Below are positions 63,821 through 64,000 of a DNA stretch of 64,000 nucleotides, in pieces. The notes beneath the pieces are model-generated. The model saw nothing but the letters and a program-made list of their open reading frames with translations, searched no databases and had not been told where the DNA came from. The stretch lies in assembly GCA_002633005.1 (NCBI GenBank), contig NMRA01000643.1, positions 124,001-188,000 on the forward strand, given 5' to 3'. Position 1 is the first letter of the stretch, and the number at the start of each line of letters is the position of its first letter. Source of the stretch: Phoronis australis (Eukaryota; Animalia; Phoronida). The position numbers and the translations under genes are program-made.

Positions 63821-64000
63821 CTGTCACTCTCATCTGGGTGAAACGATCTGCACTCTCATCTGTGTGAAAGGGTCTGCACTCTCTGTGTGAATTGGTCTGC
63901 ACTCTTATCTGTGTGAAACTGCACTCTCATCTGTGTGAAACGGTCTGCACTCTCATCTGTGTGAAACTGTCTGCACTCTCATCTGTATGAAACTGTTTGC
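63821..64000. repeat. About 26-bp minisatellite running off the window end
   Basis: Unit CTGCACTCTCATCTGTGTGAAACGGT with variants. Confidence 0.9.

Overview
Eukaryotic, AT-rich, intron-rich animal genomic DNA. An invertebrate (possibly lophotrochozoan) source is inferred from gene and repeat types only. From left to right: (1) two tandem paralogues of a secreted protein with a signal peptide, a PAN/apple-like domain and a fibrinogen/intelectin-like domain; copy 1 is 5'-truncated by the window edge and copy 2 was rebuilt by hand as 6 exons/317 aa. (2) A 1184-aa multi-zinc-finger gene on the minus strand. (3) A candidate 2-exon, 70-aa micro-gene head-to-head with it. (4) The first 7 coding exons of MTO1 (GidA/MnmG family); I could not find exon 8 in the remaining ~28 kb, so what follows appears to be one very large intron. 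(5) Two GPCR genes with single-exon CDSs on the opposite strand inside that interval: a GPR88/SREB-like class A orphan lacking the DRY arginine, and a Methuselah/adhesion-like 7TM lacking its ectodomain. Introns and intergenic DNA hold many non-autonomous DNA transposons, minisatellites, a SINE-like head and three N-joined near-identical duplications that look like uncollapsed haplotypes. All gene models and family calls are by eye, with no database search.
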